Assembly (NCBI GenBank): GCA_040377305.1
Contig: JBEIPA010000030.1
Span: forward strand, 1 to 61,675
DNA from: Flavobacteriales bacterium
GTDB lineage: Bacteria > Bacteroidota > Bacteroidia > Palsa-965
Length of the DNA stretch: 61,675 nucleotides
Reading direction: 5' to 3'
Shown here: piece by piece, positions 21,101 to 30,221 of the stretch
Numbering within the stretch: the stretch's first letter is position 1
Layout: every line of letters begins with the position of its first letter
Program-made: the position numbers and the translations under genes
Notes under the pieces: generated by a model
What the model saw: the letters and a program-made list of their open reading frames with translations, nothing else
Database searches by the model: none
What the model was told of the DNA's origin: nothing

Positions 21101-21222
21101 TTTGCGTGTGCACTGTCGAATTCCCATTTGTAAACGGCGTCCGGATATGATTTAACAGAATCGCCGCATGAAGCCAGCAAAAGTGAGAATCCAAGAATGG
21201 AGAGTAGAGAATATTTACTCAT
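18187..21222 (-). CDS. GH92 alpha-mannosidase, lipoprotein
   Basis: VDPFIGTGGHGHTFPGATAPFGMVQLSPDT, GNEPSHH, GNEDCGQMSAWY; LLASC lipobox. Confidence 0.95.
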   Translation of the reverse strand: MSKYSLLSILGFSLLLASCGDSVKSYPDAVYKWEFDSAHANVAQYVDPFIGTGGHGHTFPGATAPFGMVQLSPDTRVDGSWDGCSGYHHDDNIIYGFSHTHLSGTGCSDYGDIMLMPGIVNKSYSSGADTNSDEIGYRQSYSHANETAEAGYYSVKLDKGIMCEMTASPRVGVHRYNFYHYDEPWIILDMSHRDEVLECEIEIIDDHTIRGKRFSKAWATNQQLWFYAEFSEPFTHEFWSEGKTFVADSSTAKDLKAIFSFSSEQVEVKVALSPVSWENAKLNMDVETGGMNFDAVREKTEQHWNSELSCIEIETADETKKRIFYTALYHCFIAPNVYCDVNGEYQGMDHKVYRDTVHQRYTVFSLWDTYRALHPLFTIVQQKRTNDFINTFLQIYQESGRLPVWELSSNETDCMIGYHSVSVITDAWMKGITGYDTALAYEAMKASAMENRFGLEDYRKYGFIPAENESESVSRTLEYAYDDWCISLCAEKMNDSVGMNYYLRRSANWQNVYNPETGFMQARMNNSFFSPFNPYEVNNNYTEANAWQYSLAVQQSPLSQAHIMGWKNYENHLDSLFHTSSNTSGRDQADITGLIGQYAHGNEPSHHMAYLYTQIEQGYKTQELIHQICNSLYTDQPDGLCGNEDCGQMSAWYVLSSCGIYQITPGNPKYHFGSPQFPAATFHIENGNDYKIWALNADSDFPYMQVVDRKTNSMYDYPFLYHREIMQGGHIDISKTDTAPPAKEFNRYVENVGDVSAPWITGVTSRTFVEGISLGMKTLFSENKIYWSLNGSEFKLYSSPVAIKENSEIRMFSVGNTFKTEFFTSNGSDFNIRTLTTGQIYSDTVEAHFYKAPPWKSISIRNAFAPQYSAGGDRALIDGLTGNTNFRTGLWQGYEGVDMDIIIDLGKSTDVDSVIVGFLDDENAWIFGPTSVSADITDDSSKFSVYYSKATYIAPGGKLSGPNVNRVALSPMGTGRFIRLHAVGVKTCPKGHPGAGKPAWLFADEITIITK

Positions 21223-21303
21223 GCTTATTCAATATCCGAGTTTAGAATTCGTGAACCGCGAAAAGCGGTTTCATATGTATGTAGCGTTCTAAATTACGGA
21301 ATT

Positions 21304-21408
21304 AGGGAACGCGGAATGGGGGATGAGGAATAGGGGATGAGTGAAGCGGAGATACTCGCCCCGCCTTCCTCATGCCTCATACCTCATACCTCGTCCCTCA
21401 TCCCTATC
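21304..21408. repeat. Degenerate 7-nt tandem repeats arranged as an inverted pair
   Basis: GGATGAG/GAATAGG units, then CCTCATG CCTCATA CCTCATA CCTCGTC CCTCATC. Confidence 0.6.
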
Positions 21409-21416
21409 TTTGCATC

Positions 21417-22772
21417 ATGCGATACCTACTTTTCATTCTCACTCTTGCGCTTACGGCGTGCGGCGAATCCACTGACCAATCTCAGACAGATTCCGTTCCT
21501 GCTCAACCGGAAATCGTGATTACAAAGGGCGTAACCGCGCTGTTGTCGTGCAAGATGGATGTGACAAACACGTATGAGGTTTATTTGCCGACTACGTTAT
21601 CCGACACTGGAGTATATCCGGTTGTTGTGTTTTTCTCTCCCCAAGGCGATGGAAAAGTGCCGGTAGAGAAATACAAAGCGATTGCAGAAGAGTGGGAGTT
21701 CATTCTCGTGGGTTCGAATTACACGAAGAATGGAATGGATGCAAATCTTGCTTTCAGCGGCGGAAATAATTTGCTGAATGATGTTCTCTCCCGCTTCAAT
21801 GTTGATCCTGCACGTGTGTATCTCTCCGGATTTTCGGGTGGGGCGCGCATCGCAGGTGGACTCGCATTACAACGCATGGATGTTACGGGAGTGATTTGTT
21901 GTTCAGCAACACCACCGGAATCAGTCGCACCTCGAGGTTACGTGGGCATCGCGGGTTTGGGCGACATGAATTATCTCGAGATGAAAAAGTTTCAGGCAAC
22001 ACAAACGGGAGCGACGCTAAGTGAGCTTTTGGTATTCGATGGTAAACACGAATGGCCTTCACCGATCGTAATGGAGAACGCCATGCTGATGATTTCTTTG
22101 TATCAGCCGGGAACTGCGCAGTCGGGCGACATGAATAAAATGTCAGATTCTCTTACGGCCAATGTGTTGAAGCAATGCGATACGTTGAGTACAATCAGCT
22201 GTATGCTCGAAGATAATTTGTTGGCTTCCGTAGAAAGAGCAGAGAAAAATTATTCCGGATCAGGTGCAATTTCAGCGCGTCGTAAGAAAGTAAGTTCGTC
22301 CTGCGTGAAGAACGATGAGCAGAAATGGAAAGATGTAGAAATTGAAGAAAGTAATCTGCAGACTGTACTTCAGGAATCAATTTTGTCGCATGATACAATC
22401 TGGTGGCGTGACAATGCAGACAGTTATTTCGAGACGACGAAAACAGGTGCGGAGAAATTCATGCGTCAACGTTTACGCGGATACACGAGTTTGTTGTGTT
22501 ACACATACTGCAATCAGGCATTCAGTATGAACAACGTTCACGCGGCGGAGAAGCTGGTGAAAGTGTACAGCATTGTCGATCCAACCAACAATGAATGGGC
22601 ATATTTGCAATCCGGACTATACATGCGTTTAAATCTGACAGCTGATGCAATCATCAGCATGAACAAAGCGGTTGAACTTGGTTTTCACGATCGTAAACGC
22701 GTAGAAAAGGATCCGGTTTTTGCTCCGGTGATGAATGATCCGCAGTTTCAGCAGGTTTTGTCTAAAATGTGA
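21417..22772 (+). CDS. Alpha/beta-hydrolase lipoprotein with C-terminal TPR-like region
   Basis: LTAC lipobox; RVYLSGFSGGA nucleophile elbow; GKHEWP; TATCTTTG 4 nt before ATG 21417. Confidence 0.8.
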   Translation: MRYLLFILTLALTACGESTDQSQTDSVPAQPEIVITKGVTALLSCKMDVTNTYEVYLPTTLSDTGVYPVVVFFSPQGDGKVPVEKYKAIAEEWEFILVGSNYTKNGMDANLAFSGGNNLLNDVLSRFNVDPARVYLSGFSGGARIAGGLALQRMDVTGVICCSATPPESVAPRGYVGIAGLGDMNYLEMKKFQATQTGATLSELLVFDGKHEWPSPIVMENAMLMISLYQPGTAQSGDMNKMSDSLTANVLKQCDTLSTISCMLEDNLLASVERAEKNYSGSGAISARRKKVSSSCVKNDEQKWKDVEIEESNLQTVLQESILSHDTIWWRDNADSYFETTKTGAEKFMRQRLRGYTSLLCYTYCNQAFSMNNVHAAEKLVKVYSIVDPTNNEWAYLQSGLYMRLNLTADAIISMNKAVELGFHDRKRVEKDPVFAPVMNDPQFQQVLSKM

Positions 22773-22847
22773 CAATCTGGTGACATTACGCTTGATCCAC
22801 AGAGGAATATCAGTGGATTTAAAAAAGCTATTCAATACCTTTGTATC

Positions 22848-23225
22848 GTGAAAAGGGTTCTCGTCATAGGTCTGATTGCCGCGATGTTAGTATCATCTAT
22901 GGCTAAGACTTTTGTTCTTGCCGATTACATTTTGAATTACGATTTCATATCAACCGTGCTTTGCATCAACAAGGATAAACCTGAAATGCATTGCAATGGA
23001 AAATGTCACCTTGCGAAGGAGCTGAAGAAACAAGAAGAAGAGCCGGGTACAACAACTCCGAAAAGTGGTATTGTATTACAGGAAATTTCCGGAGTTATAA
23101 CACCTTCCCAGCAATTGCCCTTTTCAGCAATTGGAGAATTTGAATTTTTGTTTCCACCAGTTACCATAATTCGTTGGGAATTTGTTTCCACCTGTTTCCA
23201 TCCGCCTGATTCACGAGTGTCTTGA
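22848..23225 (+). CDS. Cys-motif protein of the type found upstream of Bacteroidota metal-uptake operons
   Basis: LCINKDKPEMHCNGKCHLAKEL, C-terminal FHPP. Confidence 0.7.
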   Translation: MKRVLVIGLIAAMLVSSMAKTFVLADYILNYDFISTVLCINKDKPEMHCNGKCHLAKELKKQEEEPGTTTPKSGIVLQEISGVITPSQQLPFSAIGEFEFLFPPVTIIRWEFVSTCFHPPDSRVS

Positions 23226-23283
23226 TTCCGTATCGCTGGTCATATCCAGCGCAAATATCATTTCACTTTAATCTCATTTCATC

Positions 23284-24063
23284 ATGAAAAACTATTTTAT
23301 TTCCATACCTGCATTTGTGTTGTGTGCGAGTTTGTCTTTTACTGCGTGCAAGAAAGACAGTCCGGAACCTGTAGAGGAACCGCATGCAGAGACAGGCACA
23401 ATGCGTATCAATTTTGTACCCATGTTTGGCGACAGTCTTCTTGAGTTGAATACCGAACAATATGTTACGGCCAACTCAGACACGCTTGAAGTATCAGCGT
23501 ACAAATACTACATCTCGAATGTGGTCTTAACATACAACAGTGGTAGTACGTACACTGTTCCTGACGGCTACTTTCTGATTAATGCTGCAGACGCGGCAAG
23601 TCAAACGATCACACTTTCAGGTTTACCTGAAGGGGCATATACGAATGTGTCGTTCCTGATCGGAATCGATAGTGCACGCAATGTTTCCGGTACGCAAACC
23701 GGAGCACTCGATCCTTCTAATGGTATGTTCTGGACCTGGAGTTCAGGTTATATCATGGCGAAGCTGGAAGGCACATCCCCTCAATCAACAGCAAGCATGA
23801 ACATGGTAATGTTGCACATAGGTGGATTCTCCGGAGCGAATAGTGCATTGCGCAATGTGAACCTTGCATTACCGGTTAACGCAACAGTGAGCCACCATCA
23901 CGATCCGTTAGTGACAGTTACTTCTGACGCCGGAGAGTGGTTCGGAACTCCAACACTCATTGACCTCTCCACTTCGGCAACTACGATGATGCCGGGGCCT
24001 TTGTCGGTTTCGATTGCAAATAACTACAGTGATATGTTTGTAGTTACGAGCGTGCAGAACTAA
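23284..24063 (+). CDS. mbnP: MbnP family (copper-binding) lipoprotein
   Basis: Lipobox FTAC; KYYISN; GIDS...GALDP...MFWTWSSGY (WxW motif)..KLEG..HIGG. Confidence 0.8.
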   Translation: MKNYFISIPAFVLCASLSFTACKKDSPEPVEEPHAETGTMRINFVPMFGDSLLELNTEQYVTANSDTLEVSAYKYYISNVVLTYNSGSTYTVPDGYFLINAADAASQTITLSGLPEGAYTNVSFLIGIDSARNVSGTQTGALDPSNGMFWTWSSGYIMAKLEGTSPQSTASMNMVMLHIGGFSGANSALRNVNLALPVNATVSHHHDPLVTVTSDAGEWFGTPTLIDLSTSATTMMPGPLSVSIANNYSDMFVVTSVQN

Positions 24064-24064
24064 C

Positions 24065-25060
24065 ATGAAGCGATATATTCAACGTATCGTGAGGAGCGTA
24101 GTGCTTCTCACGATACTTCCATGTGCAGTTTTTGCATGTGATGTTTGTGGCGCGTTTATCGGTGTAACACCTTACGACAATCAAAGTGGTTTTTCTGTGT
24201 TTCACCGTTACAGTCTGCACAGTCGCATCGATAACCTGGAGGACCAACCAATTTTTCCATCCGGAGCTTATCGCGTTGTGCCGGTGATGTCAGCCTTGCA
24301 TTCATCTCACGATTCCGTTCAAATGCAACCGGGCGACTTCGAATCGTTTAAGACAATAGAAGTGCGTGGGAAATGGTTCATCCACAATCGCGTTGAGATT
24401 AATACTCAACTACCGTTTGTATTTAACCGAATGAGAAGCAATACCCATTTGGAAAGGATTTCGGGTGTAGGAGACGTCAGTTGCTGGATTGGTGTGCACG
24501 TAGTTAGAAAACTGGAGACAGATTTGAAACAACGACTTGTAATCGGGTTGGGTGTGAAAATTCCAACGGGCAGATGTGATGTGCGTGACGAAAGCGGTGT
24601 TCGTTTTCATCTTTACATGCAACCAGGTTCGGGAACATTCCAGGAATCTGCGTACATTCAATACAGCCTCTCACGGAAAAAGATTGGTCTGTTTTGGAAT
24701 GGTACGGTGAAACGGAACGGCATAAATAGTTTCGATGAACAGGTTAAGGCTTCATTCACATCGGGCGTAAATTTGTTTTACATGATTAAAAAAGGGAATG
24801 CCGTAGTTCTACCTCAAATTCAGATTTATGCTGAGTATTGTTCTGGTTACACCGTTAACCAACTTCCTGCAGCTAATTCAGAAATCGGAATGGTGATGTC
24901 AGGAATTGGATGCGATGCGTACTTCGGTCGACTCGGTACTCATCTGACCGTGCAGATTCCGGCGGTACAAATAAGATCAACTGAAGCTCCTGGTGCTTCG
25001 CTCAGAGGAGCAATCGGGATTTCATGGAACATTAATCAACAGAAATTTCTCATTAACTAA
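24065..25060 (+). CDS. Putative outer-membrane beta-barrel/transporter with N-terminal CDVCG motif
   Basis: Signal peptide followed by ACDVCG; GVGD, GVKIPTG, QPGSGT motifs. Confidence 0.7.
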   Translation: MKRYIQRIVRSVVLLTILPCAVFACDVCGAFIGVTPYDNQSGFSVFHRYSLHSRIDNLEDQPIFPSGAYRVVPVMSALHSSHDSVQMQPGDFESFKTIEVRGKWFIHNRVEINTQLPFVFNRMRSNTHLERISGVGDVSCWIGVHVVRKLETDLKQRLVIGLGVKIPTGRCDVRDESGVRFHLYMQPGSGTFQESAYIQYSLSRKKIGLFWNGTVKRNGINSFDEQVKASFTSGVNLFYMIKKGNAVVLPQIQIYAEYCSGYTVNQLPAANSEIGMVMSGIGCDAYFGRLGTHLTVQIPAVQIRSTEAPGASLRGAIGISWNINQQKFLIN

Positions 25061-25071
25061 ATTCAAAGTCT

Positions 25072-25464
25072 ATGAAAAAGGTATTTTCACTTTTCGCAAT
25101 GCTCTCACTTTTGAGCTTGGGATGTACAAAAGAGGGGCTCGACGGCGACGCAACACTTGTAGTTAAACCTGCACACCACGGAGACCCGATTATAAGCACC
25201 GTTGCTTATCGCGACAGTGTTTTTGTCAAGTTTAATGTTACAGAAGTTCCTGCTGATCCAACGCGCGATTACGATGCTTTGATTGTCGGAGAAGTGGGCG
25301 AAGATCATATTCATGTTGAACATCCGACGAAAGGAAACTATTCCATCTTTTGCACAGGCTGGGATACTTCAATCAACGAACGCGTGACGGGTGGTGTTAC
25401 GATCGAGATCAAACGCAAGGAACGCAAAGATGAAATTGTAGTGAATGTTCCTGTGACCGAATAG
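25072..25464 (+). CDS. Hypothetical lipoprotein
   Basis: LSLGC lipobox; His-containing motifs (AHHG, DHIH). Confidence 0.75.
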   Translation: MKKVFSLFAMLSLLSLGCTKEGLDGDATLVVKPAHHGDPIISTVAYRDSVFVKFNVTEVPADPTRDYDALIVGEVGEDHIHVEHPTKGNYSIFCTGWDTSINERVTGGVTIEIKRKERKDEIVVNVPVTE

Positions 25465-25499
25465 GGTAATACTTACGAGGGCTTTCTGACTCTGCGAGT

Positions 25500-25673
25500 C
25501 TTACCACGGCGACGCGGCGTTACGGGGAAAATTCTTAGTGTTTGATATATGTTTCCCATCCGGAGTTCACGGCGTGTTGGTATTGAACTATCACTTTCTC
25601 CCGTATCGCCGGCTGGGCTTAGCTTGTTTCACCCGTGCGCCGCTACTCCGTTTCTCCACGTCTCCGTGGTAAG
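25500..25673. repeat. 174-bp element with 18-bp imperfect terminal inverted repeats (family D)
   Basis: CTTACCACGGCGACGCGG / CCACGTCTCCGTGGTAAG, 16 of 18 complementary; between convergent genes. Confidence 0.6.
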
Positions 25674-25697
25674 CCCGCTGCAAGCGTCCAAACTTCT

Positions 25698-27977
25698 TTA
25701 GTTCAGTTTTTTATGCTTGATCAACCACACCACCAGCAGCGGGAACAATAACAAATCAGTAACCACTGCAACGAAGAGCGTAATGCTCACCAGTAACCCG
25801 AAGTAGAATGTGCTCTCGAATCCGGATGATATGAGCGAAAAGAATCCTCCGCATAAAATGAGTGACGTTACAATTACTGCTTTGCCGGTTGAGAGGAACG
25901 ATCGCTTCACGCAATAGATCACCGACTTTCCTTGTTTCATTTCAAGTTTTAGTCGTGCAAGGAAGTGAATAGTGTCGTCTGTCGCAATACCGAATGCAAT
26001 GGAGAAGATGATTGACGTTGCCGACTTCATCTCGATTCCAAAATAGCCCATGATTCCTCCGATGATAATAATCGGAATGAGGTTGGGAATAACGGCAATC
26101 ACCATCATTCTCCAGTTGCGGTGAACAAAAGCAATGATGAGTGCTACGACCAAAATCGAAAGGAATAATCCCTGAATGGTATTGTCTACGAGGTACTGAT
26201 TGTTCTTGTCAAACATCAATGCAGCGCCTGTGATTCGCACATCAATTGCTTTCATCGCGGGATCATTTTCTGCGAATGCTGTAAGTGCTATGGAGCGTTC
26301 GCGAAATGCTTTGCTGCCAATGTCGGGCATTTTTCCGGTGAGTCGCGCCTGATTTCCGTTTTTGGTAATCAGCTTGCGAACTTCAGCTCTGGCCTGTTTG
26401 TAGTCTTTGATCTGTTCAACTGCTGCAACAATATCAGAGTCGTTCGCAGGCAAAGAATAGTATTCATTGTTGTTTCCGTGTTGCACGCGATTGAAACCCT
26501 TCACCAATGTTGCAGGCGAGAACATGAATCCAACTCCAAAATCTTTCTCAAGATACTGTTCGAGTTTGTCAATTGCTCTCAGCTCAGCAGGTTCCCATAG
26601 CGAGTGTGTGCTGTCTTTGGGTGTGATTAAAATCTCAAACGGACGAACTCCGGAATAATTTTTCTCGAAATATTCGAAGTCGGTGCGCAGCTCATCTTTC
26701 CGTGTGAGTCCTTCGATGAGATAGTTGTTGACCTGGATTTGTGTTATACCATAAATGCTTGCGCCAAGAACGATAATTGTTCCAACGGTTAGTGTTTTCG
26801 CATTGCGGAAAATCCAAAGCAACAGTTTATGCAGTCGTTTGCTCCAGAAATCTGACGTAATCGGCTTCTCTGCCATTTTCGGTTTTGGCAATAAATACAG
26901 CACCACCGGCATGATGGAGTAGGAGAGAATGAAAGCGATGAACACGCCAAGCGAAGTGTAAATTCCGAAATCGCGAATTGGAATTACTTTCGAATTGATC
27001 AGCGTTAAGAATCCGAGTGAAGTTGTAAGCAACGTGATGAATGTTGCAAAGCCTGTTTCTTTCAGCGTTTTTATGAGCGCATCGAATTTGTCAACTAGGG
27101 GGTTGTTGCGCAATTCCTCGATGTATTTCGTAACAATGTGCACCACATCCGACATTCCGACGACGAACATCATTGTTGGTAAAAGCACAGTCATGATGTC
27201 CAGCGCTTTGCCGGTTGCGGTCATCAAGCCGAGCGTCCAGACAATGGACAGCAACACGATGGTGATTGGCACCCAAACTCCCCAGAATGAGCGGAAGGAA
27301 ATAAACAGGAAGAGTACAATGAGCAGAAATGACGCAACAAAGAATTGGAGGAACTCTCCGCTCAAACGATCGAGATAGACTTTTTGTCCGCGGGCTTTAC
27401 TGGCACTGTACACGTGATCGAAATGCTGCCGGTCGATTTCGCGCTGAATATTCATCAGTAGGGAATCAGAAGGCGTTTTCTTAATTGCCTCCGTTGTTTT
27501 GATGTAGATGCAAACCGATTTTCCATCGCGACCAAAAAACGACCCGACGAGCCCCGGTGAATTGTACACGTTTACTGAATCGATCGGTAGTGCAGCAGGA
27601 TCGTAAATGTGAATGAGTGGTGTGCGACCAACGCCACTCATGTCTACCGTTTCCATGGTGGATGGAGACGTGACAGCAATTACATCCTTAATCGTCTTCA
27701 GTGAGTCGGTGAGATCGGCAACTTTTGAGAGAAAGTCGTGCTGGAAATTTCCTTTCTCGTTGTACACAGAGAGAAGAATGAATTCGTTGTCATACTCGAA
27801 TGTGTCTCTGAAGGCCTGGTAGGTTGGTAAATCCGGATCATCCAGCGGGAAGAAAGATTCGAAGTCGTAATCGAAACTGATTTTCCGGAGCTCGTAGATC
27901 GAAAGTCCTGTAACAAGAATTACAATTCCGAGGGCAGTATAAGCGAGCTTGCGGAAATGTTTACGGATGAACTCCAT
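25698..27977 (-). CDS. MMPL/RND family membrane transporter
   Basis: Two repeats of TM + periplasmic domain + 5 TM; GMSDVVH and GIATDDTIH motifs. Confidence 0.9.
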   Translation of the reverse strand: MEFIRKHFRKLAYTALGIVILVTGLSIYELRKISFDYDFESFFPLDDPDLPTYQAFRDTFEYDNEFILLSVYNEKGNFQHDFLSKVADLTDSLKTIKDVIAVTSPSTMETVDMSGVGRTPLIHIYDPAALPIDSVNVYNSPGLVGSFFGRDGKSVCIYIKTTEAIKKTPSDSLLMNIQREIDRQHFDHVYSASKARGQKVYLDRLSGEFLQFFVASFLLIVLFLFISFRSFWGVWVPITIVLLSIVWTLGLMTATGKALDIMTVLLPTMMFVVGMSDVVHIVTKYIEELRNNPLVDKFDALIKTLKETGFATFITLLTTSLGFLTLINSKVIPIRDFGIYTSLGVFIAFILSYSIMPVVLYLLPKPKMAEKPITSDFWSKRLHKLLLWIFRNAKTLTVGTIIVLGASIYGITQIQVNNYLIEGLTRKDELRTDFEYFEKNYSGVRPFEILITPKDSTHSLWEPAELRAIDKLEQYLEKDFGVGFMFSPATLVKGFNRVQHGNNNEYYSLPANDSDIVAAVEQIKDYKQARAEVRKLITKNGNQARLTGKMPDIGSKAFRERSIALTAFAENDPAMKAIDVRITGAALMFDKNNQYLVDNTIQGLFLSILVVALIIAFVHRNWRMMVIAVIPNLIPIIIIGGIMGYFGIEMKSATSIIFSIAFGIATDDTIHFLARLKLEMKQGKSVIYCVKRSFLSTGKAVIVTSLILCGGFFSLISSGFESTFYFGLLVSITLFVAVVTDLLLFPLLVVWLIKHKKLN

Positions 27978-28071
27978 ATGGAATTTGAAGATTCGATAAT
28001 TCGAAAATTCGAGAGTTTAAAATTCGACATAAATACTGTATTCGAATCGTCAAATCGTCAAATTTTCGAAT

Positions 28072-28105
28072 AAAAAAATCCCGGTCATAAGACCGGGATT
28101 TTTTT
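28072..28105 (-). terminator. Intrinsic terminator (symmetric A/T tails) after the cold-shock gene
   Basis: AAAAAAATCCCGGTC-ATAA-GACCGGGATTTTTTT. Confidence 0.85.
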
Positions 28106-28120
28106 GGGAGGGTAATGGCA

Positions 28121-28315
28121 TTATATCTTTTTGACATTAATTGCATTTAACCCCTTGCGACCTTCAGCAACATCGAATGAAACTTTGTCGCCCGAATTGA
28201 TCGGTTGCTCCGCGAGTCCGGTTACGTGCAGGAAAATTTCTGCATTTGATCCGTCCTCAGTAATGAAACCATATCCCTTGGTTGCATTAAAGAATTTAAC
28301 TGTTCCTGTTTTCAT
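28121..28315 (-). CDS. Cold-shock protein (CspA family)
   Basis: GTVKFFNATKGYGFI (RNP1), IFLHVT (RNP2). Confidence 0.95.
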   Translation of the reverse strand: MKTGTVKFFNATKGYGFITEDGSNAEIFLHVTGLAEQPINSGDKVSFDVAEGRKGLNAINVKKI

Positions 28316-28457
28316 TGTATTAATTGTAATGGTGATGAATCAGAAAGGTAATTTATTTTTTGTCAATTGAATAGCGTTTGGACGAGAATTTCGCGGTGAC
28401 ATTCCGCATCCCCGGTACCGCATCCCATTCCTCGTCCCGAATCCTTAACTTTACCTT

Positions 28458-29960
28458 GTGTCCAAAGTCCTTCTATTCAATCCCCGTTCAGCGAACCACA
28501 AGTATCGGATCCCGAATTCTATTCTTCAGGTAGCCGCGTCGATCGATGGAAAATTCGAATGGACCTTTGTAGACGGAAATCTGGAGACGGATCCGTGGGG
28601 AAAGATCAAATCGTACCTCGAAACCGGCGAGTATGGATATTTCGGCTCAACTGTGATGCCCGGCCCTCAGCTTAAACAAGCTATTCCGTTTTCGAAACGC
28701 ATCAGGGAGGAATTCCCGGATGTGCATATTGTGTGGGGAGGCTATTTTCCTTCCAACCAAACCAAAGTATGTCTCAACTCCGGTTTCATCGATGTGGTTA
28801 TCAATGGTCCGGGAGACAAATGCTTTCCGGAACTGTTGTCGCGATGGAATGCCGGAAATCTGGACTGGAAAGACATTCCGAATCTTGCCTACCGTTCGGG
28901 GAACGAGATTGTGGTTACAAAGAAAGACGAGATTTACGATCAGGATACTTTGCCGCAGTTCCCTTACGTGAAACTGGAAGACTTTTATCCCCTGAATCGT
29001 TATCTCGGCAAAACATATTTGGGCAGGAAGACGCTGGCATACCACTCGAGCTTCGGATGTCCTTTCACGTGTTCATTCTGCGCTGTAGTTCCGATTTACA
29101 ATGCGCGTTGGAAAGGAAAATCGGCAGAGCTTGTCTACCAGGATGTGAAGTTCCTGAAAGAACATTACGGTGCCGATGCCATTGAATTTCACGACAACAA
29201 TTTCTTCGTTTCCGAAAAACGCACCGCCGAATTTTCACGCCTGATCATGAACGAGGGAATGTCGTGGTGGGGAGAAGGGCGTATTGATACCATTGATAAA
29301 TACAGCGACGAAACGCTGCAGCTCATGCGCGATTCCGGCTGTAAGATGATTTTTTACGGTGCGGAAACCGGAGATGATGCCCGCCTCAAGAAAATGGACA
29401 AGGGTGGTACACAAACCGGCGCACAGATTCTGAAGTTCGCGGAGCGCATGAAAAAATTCGGAATCATTCCGGAATATTCTTTTGTGCTGGGTACGCCCGG
29501 CGAGAGTGAAGAAGTGACGTGGAAACAAATCAAGGATGATGTTGCATTCATTCGCAAGGTGAAGGAAATTAATCCGGATACTGAAATTATCATCTACATC
29601 TACAGTCCGGTGCCAACGGAGGGATCGGAGCTTTACAAAGCCGTTCAGTCTGCCGGATTTTCATTCCCGGAAAAACTCGAAGACTGGATTTCTCCTCAAT
29701 GGGAAAAATTTGATTTGCGAAAAAATCCATTGACTCCATGGCTTACACCTGAGATGGTGAGTTACATTATGAATTTCGAAACTGTACTGAACGGATATCA
29801 TCCTACGGTTTCTGATATTCGTCTTTCTCCTCCCAAGAGAAAATTCATACGTGCACTAGCTTCTTTCCGTTACAAAACCGGATTTGTTTCTCTGCCTTAC
29901 GAGCTGAAGTTTTTTCAGAAAATCTGGAAGTACCGGCAGCCGGAGACGGAAGGGTTCTAA
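28458..29960 (+). CDS. Cobalamin-binding radical SAM protein
   Basis: VWGGYFP, GPGD, GCPFTCSFC, FHDNNF, GAETG. Confidence 0.9.
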   Translation: MSKVLLFNPRSANHKYRIPNSILQVAASIDGKFEWTFVDGNLETDPWGKIKSYLETGEYGYFGSTVMPGPQLKQAIPFSKRIREEFPDVHIVWGGYFPSNQTKVCLNSGFIDVVINGPGDKCFPELLSRWNAGNLDWKDIPNLAYRSGNEIVVTKKDEIYDQDTLPQFPYVKLEDFYPLNRYLGKTYLGRKTLAYHSSFGCPFTCSFCAVVPIYNARWKGKSAELVYQDVKFLKEHYGADAIEFHDNNFFVSEKRTAEFSRLIMNEGMSWWGEGRIDTIDKYSDETLQLMRDSGCKMIFYGAETGDDARLKKMDKGGTQTGAQILKFAERMKKFGIIPEYSFVLGTPGESEEVTWKQIKDDVAFIRKVKEINPDTEIIIYIYSPVPTEGSELYKAVQSAGFSFPEKLEDWISPQWEKFDLRKNPLTPWLTPEMVSYIMNFETVLNGYHPTVSDIRLSPPKRKFIRALASFRYKTGFVSLPYELKFFQKIWKYRQPETEGF

Positions 29961-30172
29961 GAAGTTTTGAGATTAGAGCTGGGAGTCGGGAGCACACGTT
30001 TTAAAGCGGATTAACTTCTGATTTCCGGACTTTCGGGCTAGAAATTGTCTCGACTCCAGTCTCCTACCTCTCGCCTCCCAACCACTTTGCACCACAGGTT
30101 GAGTCTCCTCTGTGGCAGTAATTCCCCAATGAACAAGCGTTTTCAAGCGGACTCTCCCTGTCGCGCAAATCA

Positions 30173-30186
30173 TGGCACCATATTGT
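30173..30186 (+). promoter_or_regulatory. Possible sigma54-like promoter
   Basis: TGGCACCATATTGT upstream of stress genes; spacing is one base shorter than canonical GG-N10-GC. Confidence 0.3.
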
Positions 30187-30221
30187 AGCCGTAACTGTGT
30201 TACACACTCAAAACACGACTT

